Virus record (IMG/VR): IMGVR_UViG_3300028410_000746
Origin: a virus
Lineage: Duplodnaviria > Caudoviricetes
DNA: 64,000 nucleotides
Direction: 5' to 3' (one strand)
The notes below the pieces were generated by a model, which was not told the origin of the DNA, made no database searches, and saw only the letters and a list, made by a program, of their open reading frames with translations. Every line of letters begins with the position of its first letter. Position 1 is the first letter of the stretch. Position numbers and translations under genes: made by a program. Shown piece by piece: positions 54,610-63,247 of the stretch.

Positions 54610-56817
54610 TCAGGAGGCCTTCTTGGTGGGGGCGCGGTAGTAGGTGCGCGTCCACTCCATCTGCGTCTGAGAGCCCCAGGTGAGGAGGCTCAGGATGAGG
54701 TCGTTGGCGTCGGCACCCTGACCCTCAATGCGTCCGAGGACGTTGCGGAGCTGGCGCCAGTGGCCGTTCAAGGTGCCTCCCGAACACAGGCGCTCGAACG
54801 AGCGCTCCTTGATGTCACGAGACTGCGCGAGGACGCGCGCGACGGGGCGGTTGCCCTTGAAGCCGGTGGGCTTGAGGCCCGCGAGCAGGACCGCCAGGAG
54901 GAACACGCGCTCCTGCAACTCGGGGGCGTTCTCACCAAGGTTACGCTCCACCACCTTCTCCAGGGCCTTCTCCAGCAGGATGGCGGGGCGCATGTAGCGT
55001 ACGTCCTGGAGGTTCTTGGCGCGAGAGAGCGCGACGCGGCCGGAGCCCTTGTCGTGGTGGAGGTTGCGCCACCACTTGTGGACCACGGAGAGGATCTCAT
55101 CCTTGTGGGCGTATACGATGTTGTTCATGGGGTTCTTCTCTCTCTTGGTGGAGGTGCCGCAGAGTTTGAGGAGCTGCTTTTCGAGCCCGGCTCGTTCCCT
55201 CACGGCGGATGTGATGGTGCGGGTGTTCATGCGCGATTTGCGAGTGACACGGCCTCCAACGAGGGAGTCGAAGATCGTGAGCGCGGTGGTCGCGAGGAGG
55301 CGCTTGTAGGGCGTATAGACCATCTCCTCAAGCTCCTCCCGGTTGGTCGTGAGCTTGACCTTGGCGAGCGCGTCGTATGCAGCCTGTTCGGTGTGTGACC
55401 ACAGCTCGGAGTTGTTCCGGCCTCCCAGGCAGGCGACCTTCGCGCGGAGCACCTTATCCACCTCGGACGTGAGCTTGACCAGCGCCCCGAAGGTGTCCTC
55501 ATCACGCAGAGCCTGTGAGCCCTCGAAGATGAAGATGTACTTCTCGAAGAAGCTCACCGTCTTGCCCGCAAACATGTTGAATCCGAAGACACGCAGCGGG
55601 GGAAGCCCTCCCCATACCTCATCCCAATGCTCCGCGACCTCATCGTACAGGAAGGCCTTGCGCTTGGTGTGGGTGATGATTGGGGGCGTGTGGAGGGTCT
55701 CGGAGTAGGCGTGGGAACCCAGAACGTTCCACGTGCGCCTGTTGGTGACGGTCTGCACAGCGCGGACATCTTTCACATCTTTGGGGGTCCACTTGCCGTT
55801 GACGCCCATCGTCTTGAGGTTCTTGAGGGTGGTGGCGTTGTTGGGGAGCTGCCAGACACCCGACATGGGGATGCACTGACGAGACCCCGGCAGACCTTCC
55901 CACTTCTCGGACTGCGCTGTGTAGCGCTGCCGGTTGCCCCAGGGCTGCGCATCCACGTAGTCCAGGAGCCCGTCCTCATCCGGCTCCGGCAGGACCCACT
56001 CACGCGTGAGGTGCCAGAACGCGGTCAAGGGGTGGTAGTCCAGGTCGTGAGCGCGCCACCCCTCGATCTGACTCTCTTCGACCCAGGGGAACTCGAACTC
56101 GGGGACGGTCTCCTGTCCCCACAGAGCGTTGATTTCAGGTTCAGTGAGGATGTTGTTGAGGACCTCCTCGCAGAGGTCGCGGCCGCTGAAGACGTACCAC
56201 AGGCTGCCGTTGTTTCCGTAGCCGGGTCGCGATGTGCCACGTGAGAACTTGTTCCCCGCGTCCATGCGAAACTCGGCCGCCAGGATGAACGCGATGGCGT
56301 CCCCAGGCGTCAGACGCTGCCGGGGATCACGGCCCAAGTCCATGCTGAAGGGGAGCGGCCGCGTGACCTTCTCCGAGTCGAAGTCGAAGCCTGAGGAGGA
56401 GGACCCCAGCGCGTGCGTGTTGAAGCGGTAGCGGCCTATCTCAGTGGCGCACGGCAGGTCGGACTTCTTGATCTTTCTGATATCTTCGGTCCACTCGCGC
56501 AAGGCGGGCGTGGCCTGGAACGCACGGTACCCCGGCCCGTAGACGTCGAAGAAGTCTTCCTCACTCAGAAAGCGCTTCTTGAAGTCGAGGTTCTCGCCGC
56601 GCGTCAGGTGCATCTCGACCCACTCGTCGTCGTCCTTGGGCGCGGCCACCGTCTGGACCAGTGCCTGAATGAAGTGTCGGACGCCCTCATTCATTACGGA
56701 GTGGGGGTAGTCGAGCTTGAGGCCGGGTTCCGTGAACTCGTGCGGTCGGATGAGCTTGGACTTTCCCGTGGCGTCCTGAACCCGAATCCAAGCGTCGGTC
56801 ATGAGATTGAGTGACAT
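54610..56817 (-). CDS. cas8e-cas11: Type I-E Cas8e (Cse1/CasA) fused in frame to Cas11 (Cse2/CasB)
   Basis: N-terminus MSLNLMTDAWIRV, LTPGDAIAFIL...GRDLCEEVLNNI and YHPLTAF are Cse1-like. The last 172 aa from Met564 (KWWRNL...GRVALSRA...ERSFERL...WTRTYY) are Cse2-like. No stop separates them. Confidence 0.85.
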   Translation of the reverse strand: MSLNLMTDAWIRVQDATGKSKLIRPHEFTEPGLKLDYPHSVMNEGVRHFIQALVQTVAAPKDDDEWVEMHLTRGENLDFKKRFLSEEDFFDVYGPGYRAFQATPALREWTEDIRKIKKSDLPCATEIGRYRFNTHALGSSSSGFDFDSEKVTRPLPFSMDLGRDPRQRLTPGDAIAFILAAEFRMDAGNKFSRGTSRPGYGNNGSLWYVFSGRDLCEEVLNNILTEPEINALWGQETVPEFEFPWVEESQIEGWRAHDLDYHPLTAFWHLTREWVLPEPDEDGLLDYVDAQPWGNRQRYTAQSEKWEGLPGSRQCIPMSGVWQLPNNATTLKNLKTMGVNGKWTPKDVKDVRAVQTVTNRRTWNVLGSHAYSETLHTPPIITHTKRKAFLYDEVAEHWDEVWGGLPPLRVFGFNMFAGKTVSFFEKYIFIFEGSQALRDEDTFGALVKLTSEVDKVLRAKVACLGGRNNSELWSHTEQAAYDALAKVKLTTNREELEEMVYTPYKRLLATTALTIFDSLVGGRVTRKSRMNTRTITSAVRERAGLEKQLLKLCGTSTKREKNPMNNIVYAHKDEILSVVHKWWRNLHHDKGSGRVALSRAKNLQDVRYMRPAILLEKALEKVVERNLGENAPELQERVFLLAVLLAGLKPTGFKGNRPVARVLAQSRDIKERSFERLCSGGTLNGHWRQLRNVLGRIEGQGADANDLILSLLTWGSQTQMEWTRTYYRAPTKKAS

Positions 56818-56858
56818 GGTGTGTCTCGTAGGTAGAGAGGGGAGGTGGGGAGGCGCGC

Positions 56859-57569
56859 TCAGAGCGTGTGCATGTGGGCGCTAAACTCGCGCCGCACCTT
56901 GTGGGACCCTTGACGGGTCAGATCGTGGGGCACATCACGACGGAAGGTTGACCGTCGGCTACCTTCGAGGCCAAAGTCTTCATCCCAGAACACCTGTCCC
57001 GGCACCACGGTTCGGTCAAGGTAGTAGAAGCTACTCGCCACGGCCTCCTCCAGACACTCACGCGGCGTGGTGGACTGTAGGACCCGTGGATTGAGAGGCG
57101 CGCTTGGCGGACAGCTCTTGCGGCCAAAGTAGATAGGCCAGTAGGGACGCTGGAGCGCCGCGATGATACCGTCGACGTCCTCGTCGGGTACCTGGAGCAG
57201 GACCACCCAGGTCTGGTCCTGGAGGTAGTACCTCTCCGAGGTCAGGGAGTCCGTCTTGGGGCTTTGCGGGTCCAGCTCCTCCTGGCGCGTGGTCACGTAG
57301 CCCTTGAAGCAGCGGATGAGGTGGTAGTCTCGAAGCGGCGGGGGGCTCACCGAGGCTCCCTCAAGCTGGAGCTGGACGCACGCCATCTTGATGGTGTTTG
57401 CCAGCCTCTGGTGGTGAGCCTGATCGTCACGCTCGATGCCTTGCGCGCACGCGATCATCCCGAGTATGGCCGATTTCGTCGGGCTCTGGTCCGTCGTGCG
57501 CAGCGCCGCGCGCGCCGCGTTTCCGAAGCTCATGAGAGGGGCTCGAATGTCGCAGGCGAGTGTTTGCAT
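56859..57569 (-). CDS. cas5e: Type I-E Cas5 (CasD)
   Basis: APLMSFG...RTTDQSPTKSAILGMIACAQGIER, RYYLQD and IYFGRKSCPPSAP. AAGGAGG RBS before ATG at 57569. Confidence 0.95.
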   Translation of the reverse strand: MQTLACDIRAPLMSFGNAARAALRTTDQSPTKSAILGMIACAQGIERDDQAHHQRLANTIKMACVQLQLEGASVSPPPLRDYHLIRCFKGYVTTRQEELDPQSPKTDSLTSERYYLQDQTWVVLLQVPDEDVDGIIAALQRPYWPIYFGRKSCPPSAPLNPRVLQSTTPRECLEEAVASSFYYLDRTVVPGQVFWDEDFGLEGSRRSTFRRDVPHDLTRQGSHKVRREFSAHMHTL

Positions 57570-57633
57570 AGGTACCTCCTTTGTGGTACTCAAAAGATAC
57601 CACAAGGTTCAAGATGGGGTCAAGTGGTTCGAT

Positions 57634-58365
57634 TCAGAGGGCCACAAGGGCGGCGGCGGGCTTGAGAAGGACAAGGCCGGCCCCGAAGGCCTTGCCCCGA
57701 CCGATGCCGTTGCGCCACAGGGTCACGAACTTCTCGGGGTCGGTGACCTCGACGCGCGCCTCAAGCTGCACGAAGTCCATCGTAATGGGGTTGCGCCGTC
57801 CCACGCCCTGCTCGGAGAACACGGGGGTCAAGGCGGTGACCCTGTGCAGCTTGAAGCCGCCGTCCTCCGAGCGCCTCTCAAGCCACTCGAAGAGGAGGGC
57901 GTCGAGGTCGCGAGGCGTCTCCCCATTCGCTTCGCACATGAGCTTCTCGTAGGTCTGGAGACCCAAACGCTTGGAGCGCCCCTTGGGCACGATCCGCTCG
58001 TCACGGGTACAGACGGTGGCGTTGACCCATGCTCGGAGGTCGAGGCCGGCACCCATGTGCATCGTGGGCTGCTCGATCGTCTTGGTCAGAAGCTTCACGT
58101 AGCCGTGAGGGTCCGAGGGGATCTCCGTGGACTGGATGTAGAAGGAGGAGCCCTTGAAGGGGGTGAACATGAAGGGTCGGTCTTTGCGGTCCTCCACCGG
58201 GTCGAAGAGGTCCCAGACGAACTGGTGTGCGGTGTAGATGCCCTCGGACGTGTAGCGGGAGAGCTGCTCGATTCCCTTGGCCGTGAAGGTGGCGCGTGAG
58301 ATGTAGAGAGGGGTCGAGGTGGGGGGTGTGGTGGTGTTGAACGGGATGTTGACTTGCGTGCTCAT
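57634..58365 (-). CDS. cas6e: Type I-E Cas6e (Cse3/CasE)
   Basis: AHQFVWDLF and the C-terminal G-loop GIGRGKAFGAGL. GGAG RBS before ATG at 58365. Confidence 0.95.
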   Translation of the reverse strand: MSTQVNIPFNTTTPPTSTPLYISRATFTAKGIEQLSRYTSEGIYTAHQFVWDLFDPVEDRKDRPFMFTPFKGSSFYIQSTEIPSDPHGYVKLLTKTIEQPTMHMGAGLDLRAWVNATVCTRDERIVPKGRSKRLGLQTYEKLMCEANGETPRDLDALLFEWLERRSEDGGFKLHRVTALTPVFSEQGVGRRNPITMDFVQLEARVEVTDPEKFVTLWRNGIGRGKAFGAGLVLLKPAAALVAL

Positions 58366-58441
58366 TGATAACTCCAAAAATACCCCCGCACGAGGCGGGG
58401 AGGTTGAGAGGGGACCCCCGCGTGAGCGGGGAAAGGGGCAC

Positions 58442-59788
58442 TCACTCGGCGGCGGCGGTCTCGGAGGCCTCCACGGCGATACCGAGCGTCTGGTAGATGG
58501 CATCCACGATGTCATCCAGGGTCGTACACACCTCGCCGCCCGACTCCAGGGCCGTGAGGTCCTTGGTCGAGGACCACGTGAGGACACGCTCATGGTCGAC
58601 GCCCACGCGGGTCACGATGCGGTTGTGGTGGTCCTCCAGGCGCGTGAGGGCCATCTGAAGAGGATCGTTGGACTCCACAGGCACCAGGAACGCGTCGGTG
58701 TACTGAGTGTTCTGGGTCTCCCCGATGGTCACCATCAGGTAGGGGGACGGGATGCTCGCAGCCATCGTGGACTGGTTACCCGAGGGGCGCACCATCACGA
58801 GAGCCTTGACGAAGGCGTGGATGGTCTCACGGAGGAGGTCCTCCTGACCGCTCCCGAAGCGGCGAGCCAGCTCACCGATGTGGAGGCCCACGTAGGCGTA
58901 GTTGACGCCCGAGGTGAAGCTCTTGTGGCCCATATGCGAGGCGCCCGTATTGGAGTTGAAGCAGTCCTGAGCCGAGAAGAAGTCGTCCTCCTCGGGCATC
59001 ACGCCGACGCCGATGGTGTGCGCGAACTGGACGCAGGCCGCTTCATTGTCCTGTGCGAGCTGCGCGACCATGCGGCCGAAGAGGCTCACGTCGACGTTGG
59101 GCATCCTCGTGAGGTCCGTGAAGCTCTTCGCGGTCTCAGTCAGGCTCTCGAAGACGACGGAGGGGTCCGTGAAGTCCAGACCCACCAGCGCCTCGAAGCC
59201 CAGCGTCAAGACCTCCTGCTCCGCCTGCTTGAGCTTGATGGCCGAGCCGAACATGCGGCCGTCCTTCTTGTCGCTCTTTTTGTTCTTCTTCTTCTTGGTG
59301 TCTCCTTCGGACTCGTTCGACTCGTCGTCGAGAGCGTCCTTGGTCGAGTACGGCGTGATGCCTCCCTCGGCGTACAGGGTACCATCCGCGATGAGGCCCT
59401 TGAGGAGCGTGAGAAGCGCCGCTTCGGTCTTCTTGGTGAGCTTGGCGCCCTTGAAGCACTGCGTGAAGAAGTTCGGCGTCGTCATCATGTAGGCGAGCAG
59501 CGCGGCGGCTCGATACGACCTCTCAGCCTCCTGGCCCGCCTCGACGGCCTTCTCACTCTTGAAGACCAGGAACGATCTCGTGTTGTCGCTCATGACCTTG
59601 CGCTGACGGAGCACATCGAAGTGCATGGAGGCACGAATCGCCGCCTTCTCCGCTTGGCTGGAGATGCGGTAGCGCATGGCGTTCCCGAAGAAGGAACTCT
59701 TGGGGTTACCCGCGTCATCGCGGTTGATGTTGCTGGGGGGCAGCACACCGAGCATGTGGAACTGGAGCTTTGTTTTCACGTTCATCAT
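58442..59788 (-). CDS. cas7: Type I-E Cas7 (Cse4/CasC)
   Basis: PPSNINRDDAGNPK...RYRISSQAEKAAIR, DVSLFGRMVA, ACVQFAH and DDFFSAQD. Confidence 0.97.
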   Translation of the reverse strand: MMNVKTKLQFHMLGVLPPSNINRDDAGNPKSSFFGNAMRYRISSQAEKAAIRASMHFDVLRQRKVMSDNTRSFLVFKSEKAVEAGQEAERSYRAAALLAYMMTTPNFFTQCFKGAKLTKKTEAALLTLLKGLIADGTLYAEGGITPYSTKDALDDESNESEGDTKKKKNKKSDKKDGRMFGSAIKLKQAEQEVLTLGFEALVGLDFTDPSVVFESLTETAKSFTDLTRMPNVDVSLFGRMVAQLAQDNEAACVQFAHTIGVGVMPEEDDFFSAQDCFNSNTGASHMGHKSFTSGVNYAYVGLHIGELARRFGSGQEDLLRETIHAFVKALVMVRPSGNQSTMAASIPSPYLMVTIGETQNTQYTDAFLVPVESNDPLQMALTRLEDHHNRIVTRVGVDHERVLTWSSTKDLTALESGGEVCTTLDDIVDAIYQTLGIAVEASETAAAE

Positions 59789-59858
59789 GTCTGGACTCTC
59801 ACTACAGTGGGTAAAAGGACCTTCGAGCTTTCAGAGGCTTCGTGCCTCGACGGAAACG

Positions 59859-59915
59859 ACACTAACTCCGATGTTAGAGCAGTGTCAAGCGGTTTCTTTA
59901 ACGCTTGACACTGCT
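59859..59915 (-). promoter_or_regulatory. Candidate Cascade operon promoter TTGACA-N18-TAGTGT overlapping a 14-bp perfect inverted repeat
   Basis: Arms AGCAGTGTCAAGCG (59878-59891) and CGCTTGACACTGCT (59902-59915). -35 at 59888-59883 and -10 at 59864-59859. Confidence 0.75.
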
Positions 59916-59935
59916 GTGCGGTATGAAAAAAAGAC

Positions 59936-62566
59936 CTAGAGGACTTGGAGTCCCAGGATGTGGTCGTAGATGAGGGTGACGGATACCGGGGCGCCCTTGG
60001 GGGAGAGCTTGGTCATGTTGACCCTCCACGCGTCGGCGGGTGCGCTGAGGTCGTCCACGGTCACGATCAACACGGAGTCGGTAGAGTGGAACGGGAGCTG
60101 CGCCAAAAGTTCGTGCTGCTCCGGGCTCGGGTCGAGCCGCTCTCCGGCCATGTACATGGGGATAGCGATGCCAGAGGCCTTGATGCCTCCGTTGTGGATA
60201 CGCCGGAGTCGATCGCCGTCAACGAAGTGGACCTCCCAGATGCACGTAGGGATGGCGTCTCGGGTGTGTATGGCCACGTTCTTACCCCACTTGCTGACCG
60301 ACTCACGGTAGCTGCGGGTGAAGTCGAGAGACCCCAAAACAGCCGATGCTCGCGTCTCCTGGTCACGGGCGGTGGAGGCTTGGTGCGAGCGGGCCAGACC
60401 GGCCGGAATCAGTGCGTTGATGTCGTCCAGGATCTCACGCGTATGGGTGGGAAGCTCCCAGGACCTCAAGGCACACATCGCCGCGCTGGCGTACACACGG
60501 CCTGCATCCCCATAGACGTAAGATGTCCCCCCATGATGAGGGGAGCCGCTGAGCCATTGAGCGTGTGGAGTCCCGGCCAAGGAGGGCGTGAACAGGCCCA
60601 TCTCGACGTGCACCTCTTCCCCACTCTCGTGACGCAGGACGCGACCCGAGCGCTGAATCAGGAGGTCGGCCTCGCATACATCGGAGACGCCCCAGTCAAA
60701 GCTGACATCCAAAGACTCCTGGAGCACCTGCGTGCATATGACGATGTAGCCCTCACGCTCTTGGGGATCGGCGCCCTTACCGAAGCGACGCAGCACCTCG
60801 GCGTCACGTACCTCACGGTGTCCGACCGTGTAGCGAGAGTGCAGCAAGAGCACTCGGTCATACCCTGACAAGGCTTCATAGGCCGCACAGGCGGCGCGCA
60901 CGGTGTTTCGGAACCACACCACCGCCTCACCTCGGTTGGCTCGCCGGTGCAGCTCTTCCACGATGGGGTCGAGCCCACGCCGATCCTCTTCAAAGACGTT
61001 CCAGTGCACGTGCCGGATCTGGTGTGCGTCCACCGAGACCACGTTGATGTGGCCGCTGGAGCTGACGTGCGTGAGCGCGGGCAAGGGGACATCGGGGAGG
61101 TCTACAACCTCTCCTCGATACGCGGAGGCGAGCGCGCGGCGTGTCTTGGAGTCGCAGGTGGCGCTCATGGCGATCACGGGCTGTCCCTGTCGCCCGCAGT
61201 AGGCGAGCAGGTTACAGAGCAGAGGGAGCATGTGAGCGTCGAAGGCGTGGACCTCATCTATCAGAAGCACGGTACGGGTGAGCGCGCTCAGTCGCATGGG
61301 CGCAAAGTATCGCCCGATCGTCGCCAGGAGGGCTTGGTCTATTGTGCAGACATTGATTTGCGAGAACATGCTCTGTCGGGAGGACTTGAGCAGCCACTCG
61401 GAGGCGCTAATCAGGCCTCCATTCGAGTTGCGTTGAGCCTTCCACGGCTTGAATTCACTTCGAGTCGAGTGAATGAGCGCCATCGTGACGGGCTCATCAA
61501 AGGTTGCCTCCGTCCAGGCGTGCGCACGCCCGTAGAGGCCGTTGGCGGTAGCGCGAGTAGGCAACGCCAACGTCAGCCCTTTGTAGTCGCCATCACGCAT
61601 CATCTGACGCGCGAGCGCGAGCCCTACCTCCGTCTTACCCGCCCCCGTAGAGGCCTCGATGAGGACAAACCCGTCCGCAGAACTCAAGAGGGTCTCAGCA
61701 CCTACCTGGAGAGGCCGAGGTTCCCAGGTATCGTCGAGGAGACCGCTCCAGAAGGAGTAGGTGGTAGAGAGGGGCGTGTAGAGGATCTCCACGTCTGTAC
61801 ACGCCCTCTCCGCTTGAGGCTGTGCGATGGTCTCCCAATAAGCTCTCGGGTCCATACGCGCGCCACGCAGCGGGAAGTATTCAGGCGTGGAGCCCAGCCA
61901 ATCCGAGATCATCCCGACGCCCGCCAGGAGGTAGCTCGCGAAAGGCAGGTCCGGAGGGTTGGAGTAGTCGCCACGCATGGGTCCAAATACGCCCTGGATG
62001 ATTTCGGAGAGGTACGCAGTCAGGCGCTCGTCGCACCCAGGCACTCCCCACTGGAGCTGAGCCGTACGTGGGGTGGCGCCTTCTCGCTTCTGATGAGGCA
62101 AGGCGTAGCCGTGATGGCTCAGCGCGCTATGCAGCAGCGTCGTGATGTGGCGTCGTTCCTGACGCCCAGTACCGCTCTTGAGGTACTCCCGGATCACGTT
62201 CCTGCGTTCCCATCCCACCAGATCGTGACGGGCTTCGGTCTCACGCGCACCATCAGGCTGGGGGGTGATATCCAGGAGCGTACAGGCGGGTGCGCTTCGA
62301 GCCTGGAAGTTGTCCGTGAGCTTACCGATGTCATGGCAAGCGTAGAGCATGGGGAGGTCATGCCACAGGTCGTACATGCTCACACCCAAGGCCTCCGACA
62401 AGGGACGCCACCAACGCTCCTCGTGCCTGAGCAAGTGATTCACGACCGCCGCGACGTCGAGGTTATGATACACCACGCGGTGAATGGCAGTCACGGCCTC
62501 TTGTGAGCCGGGAGGCTGGTCTGTCTTGGCCCAACAGTCCCACATACCGATAGGTTTGGTCGTCAT
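59936..62566 (-). CDS. cas3: CRISPR-associated Cas3 (HD nuclease plus SF2 helicase)
   Basis: YHNLDVA, CHDIGK, SHHG and SDWLGS (HD domain). PRPLQ, ASTGAGKTE, TIDQ, DEVH, SAT, LHSRY, TQVLQESLDV and QRSGRVLRH (helicase). Confidence 0.98.
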   Translation of the reverse strand: MTTKPIGMWDCWAKTDQPPGSQEAVTAIHRVVYHNLDVAAVVNHLLRHEERWWRPLSEALGVSMYDLWHDLPMLYACHDIGKLTDNFQARSAPACTLLDITPQPDGARETEARHDLVGWERRNVIREYLKSGTGRQERRHITTLLHSALSHHGYALPHQKREGATPRTAQLQWGVPGCDERLTAYLSEIIQGVFGPMRGDYSNPPDLPFASYLLAGVGMISDWLGSTPEYFPLRGARMDPRAYWETIAQPQAERACTDVEILYTPLSTTYSFWSGLLDDTWEPRPLQVGAETLLSSADGFVLIEASTGAGKTEVGLALARQMMRDGDYKGLTLALPTRATANGLYGRAHAWTEATFDEPVTMALIHSTRSEFKPWKAQRNSNGGLISASEWLLKSSRQSMFSQINVCTIDQALLATIGRYFAPMRLSALTRTVLLIDEVHAFDAHMLPLLCNLLAYCGRQGQPVIAMSATCDSKTRRALASAYRGEVVDLPDVPLPALTHVSSSGHINVVSVDAHQIRHVHWNVFEEDRRGLDPIVEELHRRANRGEAVVWFRNTVRAACAAYEALSGYDRVLLLHSRYTVGHREVRDAEVLRRFGKGADPQEREGYIVICTQVLQESLDVSFDWGVSDVCEADLLIQRSGRVLRHESGEEVHVEMGLFTPSLAGTPHAQWLSGSPHHGGTSYVYGDAGRVYASAAMCALRSWELPTHTREILDDINALIPAGLARSHQASTARDQETRASAVLGSLDFTRSYRESVSKWGKNVAIHTRDAIPTCIWEVHFVDGDRLRRIHNGGIKASGIAIPMYMAGERLDPSPEQHELLAQLPFHSTDSVLIVTVDDLSAPADAWRVNMTKLSPKGAPVSVTLIYDHILGLQVL

Positions 62567-62829
62567 GTAGCTCTCAGCTTGGCGAGATGAATGGCGTGCT
62601 TGTATTTGGCCGATTCCACGTAGGTGGAGCTTCCCAGGAGCTTCGAGCCTCCTGACGAAGAGAAGAAGCGGGCGAGGTAGGGGGGGTTCTTCTTGTAGGA
62701 GGTCTCGGAGCGGTGAATCTCCATACGACCCTCGGGGACCTCACATGTGAAGTAGCGCGTAAGCCCAGCGGGACCGTGAACTTCCCATTGCAGCGTCTTG
62801 GAGAGCTTCTCGGCAGCCGTGATTTCCAT
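62563..62829 (-). CDS. Small hypothetical protein translationally coupled to cas3
   Basis: 88 aa; GAGG RBS; its stop overlaps the cas3 ATG. Confidence 0.65.
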   Translation of the reverse strand: MEITAAEKLSKTLQWEVHGPAGLTRYFTCEVPEGRMEIHRSETSYKKNPPYLARFFSSSGGSKLLGSSTYVESAKYKHAIHLAKLRAT

Positions 62830-63197
62830 CAAGCCACCTCTACGGGCGCGCCGCACAGGTGGCAGAACTGCGAGGCGGGGATCAGCTCAGTCCCGCAGTT
62901 GTGGCAATACACGGCCTTACGGGGACCCTCCACCTCGAACTCCCCGAGCAGGTCGAGGTACGTATCATCCCTGCATCCCGCCAAGGAGAGTCGAATGCCG
63001 GGGAGGAGGTCGTCGTGGTGGTAGTCATGACCCTTGTGCAACAAGGTCGCGTTGTCTGCGTTGGGGGGACCCTGGAGGTCATTGACCCTACGCCCTCCAG
63101 GCTTGAAGACCCATAGCCGCACGGGGTACCCTCGATCAAACTCCAGCTCTCCGGTGCGACCTGTTGTGGATGCGACTTCATACTCATGATGTTTCAT
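62829..63197 (-). CDS. Double zinc-ribbon domain protein
   Basis: C-terminal YCHNCG...QFCHLCG; GGAGG RBS; stop overlaps the next ATG. Confidence 0.7.
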   Translation of the reverse strand: MKHHEYEVASTTGRTGELEFDRGYPVRLWVFKPGGRRVNDLQGPPNADNATLLHKGHDYHHDDLLPGIRLSLAGCRDDTYLDLLGEFEVEGPRKAVYCHNCGTELIPASQFCHLCGAPVEVA

Positions 63198-63200
63198 ATC

Positions 63201-63247
63201 TCAACCTCCTGTGGTCTGTATATACCACAGGAGGTTGAAGCTGTAAA
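63201..63247 (-). promoter_or_regulatory. Candidate cas3 operon promoter TTTACA-N17-TATATA inside a 15-bp perfect inverted repeat
   Basis: Arms TCAACCTCCTGTGGT (63201-63215) and ACCACAGGAGGTTGA (63224-63238). -35 at 63247-63242 and -10 at 63224-63219. Confidence 0.8.
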
